IMG/VR virus record: IMGVR_UViG_3300033153_014453
Span: 1-59,721 of that record
Length of the DNA: 59,721 nt
From: a virus
Taxonomy: Duplodnaviria; Caudoviricetes
Reading direction: 5' to 3' (one strand)
The notes beneath the pieces are model-generated. The model searched no databases and was not told the DNA's origin. It saw only the letters and a program-made list of their open reading frames with translations. Position 1 is the stretch's first letter. Every line of letters starts with the position of its first letter. The translations under genes and the position numbers were made by a program. Positions 57,194 through 59,721 of the stretch are shown piece by piece.

Positions 57194-57823
57194 CTAAAGA
57201 TTTATTGCTCCTTGATTTAGTAAGGAATTCTTATAATCAATTAAAAGTGTTTTTACTATTTGTGTAAGCTGCAAAGGCTCTCCACAATCAGTGAATTTTC
57301 CTCCGGTTATACGAGAAAGTTCTTTTAAAAAGTCTGGATTGTAGTCTCTATGTGAAGAAACATTATTACTTATTCCAATTGTGTCTATGGGAATTTCCCT
57401 ATGTAAAGGTTGAGAAGCTGCTATTAGGATTTCTTCTTCCGAACTATCAGTTGGGTGTCCATCAGTTATGAGAATTATATGTCCTGCATCAAAAGACCAA
57501 GCATAGTTTAGAGCTTCTTTCATGTGTGTGCCACCTAAGGCAGTTATAACATCTATTTCTGATTCGTTTATTTGCCATAGTTCACTTTCAAAGGCGATGC
57601 AATTTTTGGTATACTTAAAGCATTGTTTTAAGGCTAGTTTTAAGCCTTCTATTTTTGGTCCTCTCATAGAGCCACTTATGTCTGCTAAGATAAAGCTAGG
57701 TTTTTGTTTTTTACTTGAGCTAAGAGAAAAACTTTTAAGCTCACTTAGAGTTTTGAATTTTTTACTAGCTTTTATCTTAGCAAGAGTTTGTTTTCCATTT
57801 GTTGGAAGATTTTTACTTTGCAC
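57194..57823 (-). CDS. vWA-domain protein
   Basis: MIDAS DISGSM; GGT; ITDGHP; TGGKF. Confidence 0.9.
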   Translation of the reverse strand: MQSKNLPTNGKQTLAKIKASKKFKTLSELKSFSLSSSKKQKPSFILADISGSMRGPKIEGLKLALKQCFKYTKNCIAFESELWQINESEIDVITALGGTHMKEALNYAWSFDAGHIILITDGHPTDSSEEEILIAASQPLHREIPIDTIGISNNVSSHRDYNPDFLKELSRITGGKFTDCGEPLQLTQIVKTLLIDYKNSLLNQGAINL

Positions 57824-57860
57824 CCTTGAGACCTCCTTTAAGTATGTTAATTTAAGTATA

Positions 57861-58157
57861 TCAATTTAACAAGAACTCTTCGAGTTTATATATCAATTCT
57901 GCGATTTCATCTCTTAAGGTAAAAATTCTACTTGCTGAAGTGTTTAGAACATCAGAGAAAGTTGGAGGTGATTTTTCTGTCAAGTCTTTTTGTTTAGAAG
58001 GTGCTTCTGCTCTGGTTTTTTCATCTTTCATTAAACGTGTTGTTAATGTTTCCATTTGGTCTCTAAGTGCAACTAAGGCTTCTATGGCATTATGGATTCG
58101 AATGTACTTTGGTTCTGCTGGTTCTGTTGGAATTCCCATTGTTGTTTTGTTACTCAT
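57861..58157 (-). CDS. Helical hypothetical protein
   Basis: AGGAGG RBS. Confidence 0.6.
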   Translation of the reverse strand: MSNKTTMGIPTEPAEPKYIRIHNAIEALVALRDQMETLTTRLMKDEKTRAEAPSKQKDLTEKSPPTFSDVLNTSASRIFTLRDEIAELIYKLEEFLLN

Positions 58158-58182
58158 TTTATGCCTCCTTTAAAGTTAAAGA

Positions 58183-58659
58183 TTAGCTTTTACCAGAAGC
58201 AAGAATGTTTTTATAAGCTATATTTATTCTCTTCATTTCATCCTCGCTTCCGCCCTGGTCTGGATGATACAACCTAGCCAAAGTCTTATAAGCAGCTTTT
58301 ACTAACTCCAAAGGCGCCCCTTCAAGCAAGAAAAGATCAGCATAATCGGAGCTTTCTAGTTCTCTTTCTGGAAAATCAACTAGTTGAACTTCATCGAAGA
58401 ATTTATCTAAAATAAAAACAAGAGTTTCTAGCTCGGATTCTTTTATGTACCAGTATTTGTTGGTGAAATCAAAAAACCTACTACTAGCAGGAATTGATTT
58501 TTTAAGTGTTTCTATAAAAGAAGGATTATAACCAGTAGCTATTTGAAGGACTGGTTGGTTGGAAAAAGGTGCCAAGTAAGGGTCTTTTTTTAGATATTTA
58601 ATAGTAGCTATAGAAAGACCTTTAGCTTTTTGTTGTTTTTGTGCACCTAGTTTTTGCAT
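58183..58659 (-). CDS. J-domain (DnaJ-like) protein with N-terminal extra domain
   Basis: KAAYKTLARLYHPD.GG...INIAY. Confidence 0.88.
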   Translation of the reverse strand: MQKLGAQKQQKAKGLSIATIKYLKKDPYLAPFSNQPVLQIATGYNPSFIETLKKSIPASSRFFDFTNKYWYIKESELETLVFILDKFFDEVQLVDFPERELESSDYADLFLLEGAPLELVKAAYKTLARLYHPDQGGSEDEMKRINIAYKNILASGKS

Positions 58660-58661
58660 CT

Positions 58662-59069
58662 TTATTCATCCCCTAATGGAAGGTTAAGAAAAGAAATACG
58701 TAAAGTATCACCGAAGGCTGGTGTTATTTCCAACAGGTTAGAGTCTCTAGGTACGTAATATCGTAAGAACATCGTTTTATGTTCTTCACACCATCCGCTC
58801 ATCCAATGTCTATGAGTATCTTCAACATACGAGTCTATATAGATGTGTATTATTTTTGAAGCTGCTGTTGGAAAACTTATCTTATAAGCCTCAGTAATTT
58901 CTTGCTGTAAAGGATCTATATAAAACTCAACTAATCTACCTCTCTTGAAAACTGGACAGAATGTAAACTCAGCTCTTCCTAGGTTTTCAGTAAATGGAAT
59001 GTATTTTAGTTTAAATGGTTTAATAGTTGCTGCATTTGGAAACATATTAAATGGTTTAAAGGTTTTCAT
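58662..59069 (-). CDS. Hypothetical protein
   Basis: Likely start ATG at 59069. Confidence 0.55.
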   Translation of the reverse strand: MKTFKPFNMFPNAATIKPFKLKYIPFTENLGRAEFTFCPVFKRGRLVEFYIDPLQQEITEAYKISFPTAASKIIHIYIDSYVEDTHRHWMSGWCEEHKTMFLRYYVPRDSNLLEITPAFGDTLRISFLNLPLGDE

Positions 59070-59319
59070 TTTTATAACCTTTCTGTTTGTAATTTTTACT
59101 TCTTCTTGTTTTATTTTTAAGCCATATAATTCTAGGATTAGAACGCTTAATTTTAAAAGGCTGTTTTTTTGATTTCTTAGGGTTATCAAAAATATAAATC
59201 CAGATGGTAGATTTCTTATTCCATTTTGTTATTTTTGCTTTATGAATGTTTCCATCATCAGTTTTGAATTTTATGTATTTTGGCTTATAAAGATGCTTAT
59301 GCTTGTAGCTCTTTGTCAT
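59056..59319 (-). CDS. Small basic protein
   Basis: Overlapping co-oriented ORF. Confidence 0.5.
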   Translation of the reverse strand: MTKSYKHKHLYKPKYIKFKTDDGNIHKAKITKWNKKSTIWIYIFDNPKKSKKQPFKIKRSNPRIIWLKNKTRRSKNYKQKGYKNENL

Positions 59320-59602
59320 AATGATAGCTTTCTAAGAGATAGTTGGTTTCTTCTATTTCATAGTTTATTTCTGCAATTAAATCATTTATGAAATCTTCCC
59401 AGTTGTTTAGTTGAGGTATTACATTAGACGGAAATTCTTTATAAATAACTCCATTATGTTCTCGTACTATCCATTTTACATTTAAGATTGTTAAATTTTC
59501 TCTTTCTCCTGGAGAATTCCAAGTAGAAGGAATAAAAGGTTGATAGGAGAATTCTATTTCTACAATTCTACTAAAAAGAAGAGTTTTTATTCTTGAGTGC
59601 AT
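59297..59602 (-). CDS. Hypothetical protein
   Basis: ATG directly after the GAAA repeat. Confidence 0.55.
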   Translation of the reverse strand: MHSRIKTLLFSRIVEIEFSYQPFIPSTWNSPGERENLTILNVKWIVREHNGVIYKEFPSNVIPQLNNWEDFINDLIAEINYEIEETNYLLESYHYDKELQA

Positions 59603-59603
59603 T

Positions 59604-59721
<118 letters not shown>

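Noticed and set aside
1006-59172. Many short opposite-strand ORFs in the track (e.g. 1364-1714, 23281-23592, 48397-48720, 57522-57869)
   Set aside because: Antisense shadows of better-supported genes, low complexity and without RBS

Overview
The window is an apparently complete ~59.6 kb tailed bacteriophage genome. Bases 1-114 repeat exactly at 59608-59721, so the contig circularises at 59,607 bp. It is AT-rich, with bacterial sigma70 promoters and AGGAG ribosome-binding sites. The + arm (17.7-48.1 kb) is a podovirus-like morphogenesis and lysis operon: terminase, portal, scaffold, capsid, several fibre/LamG proteins, M23 peptidase, three ring/adaptor paralogues, nozzle and ejection proteins. 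The - arm (17.0 kb to 1, then 59.6 to 48.1 kb) carries many small early genes plus a Cas4/AddB-like nuclease, DHH phosphoesterase, SpoU methyltransferase, J-domain and vWA proteins, Sak4-like ATPase, SSB, UDG-PolA fusion and a DUF3987-like helicase. I found no integrase, primase, tRNA or CRISPR array. The most notable observations are: (1) an O-antigen-ligase/O-oligosaccharyltransferase-like membrane enzyme inside the virion operon, next to Ser/Thr-rich proteins with Sec signal peptides; (2) an unannotated intergenic RNA of two abutting kink-turn hairpins at 6509-6633, upstream of a minimal SpoU methyltransferase; (3) a symmetric origin-like element at 15.8-16.3 kb; (4) a GC-rich two-gene GNAT cassette near the likely genome end; (5) a (GAAA)n repeat able to fuse two ORFs. 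All functional calls come from motif recognition by eye; no database searches were run.
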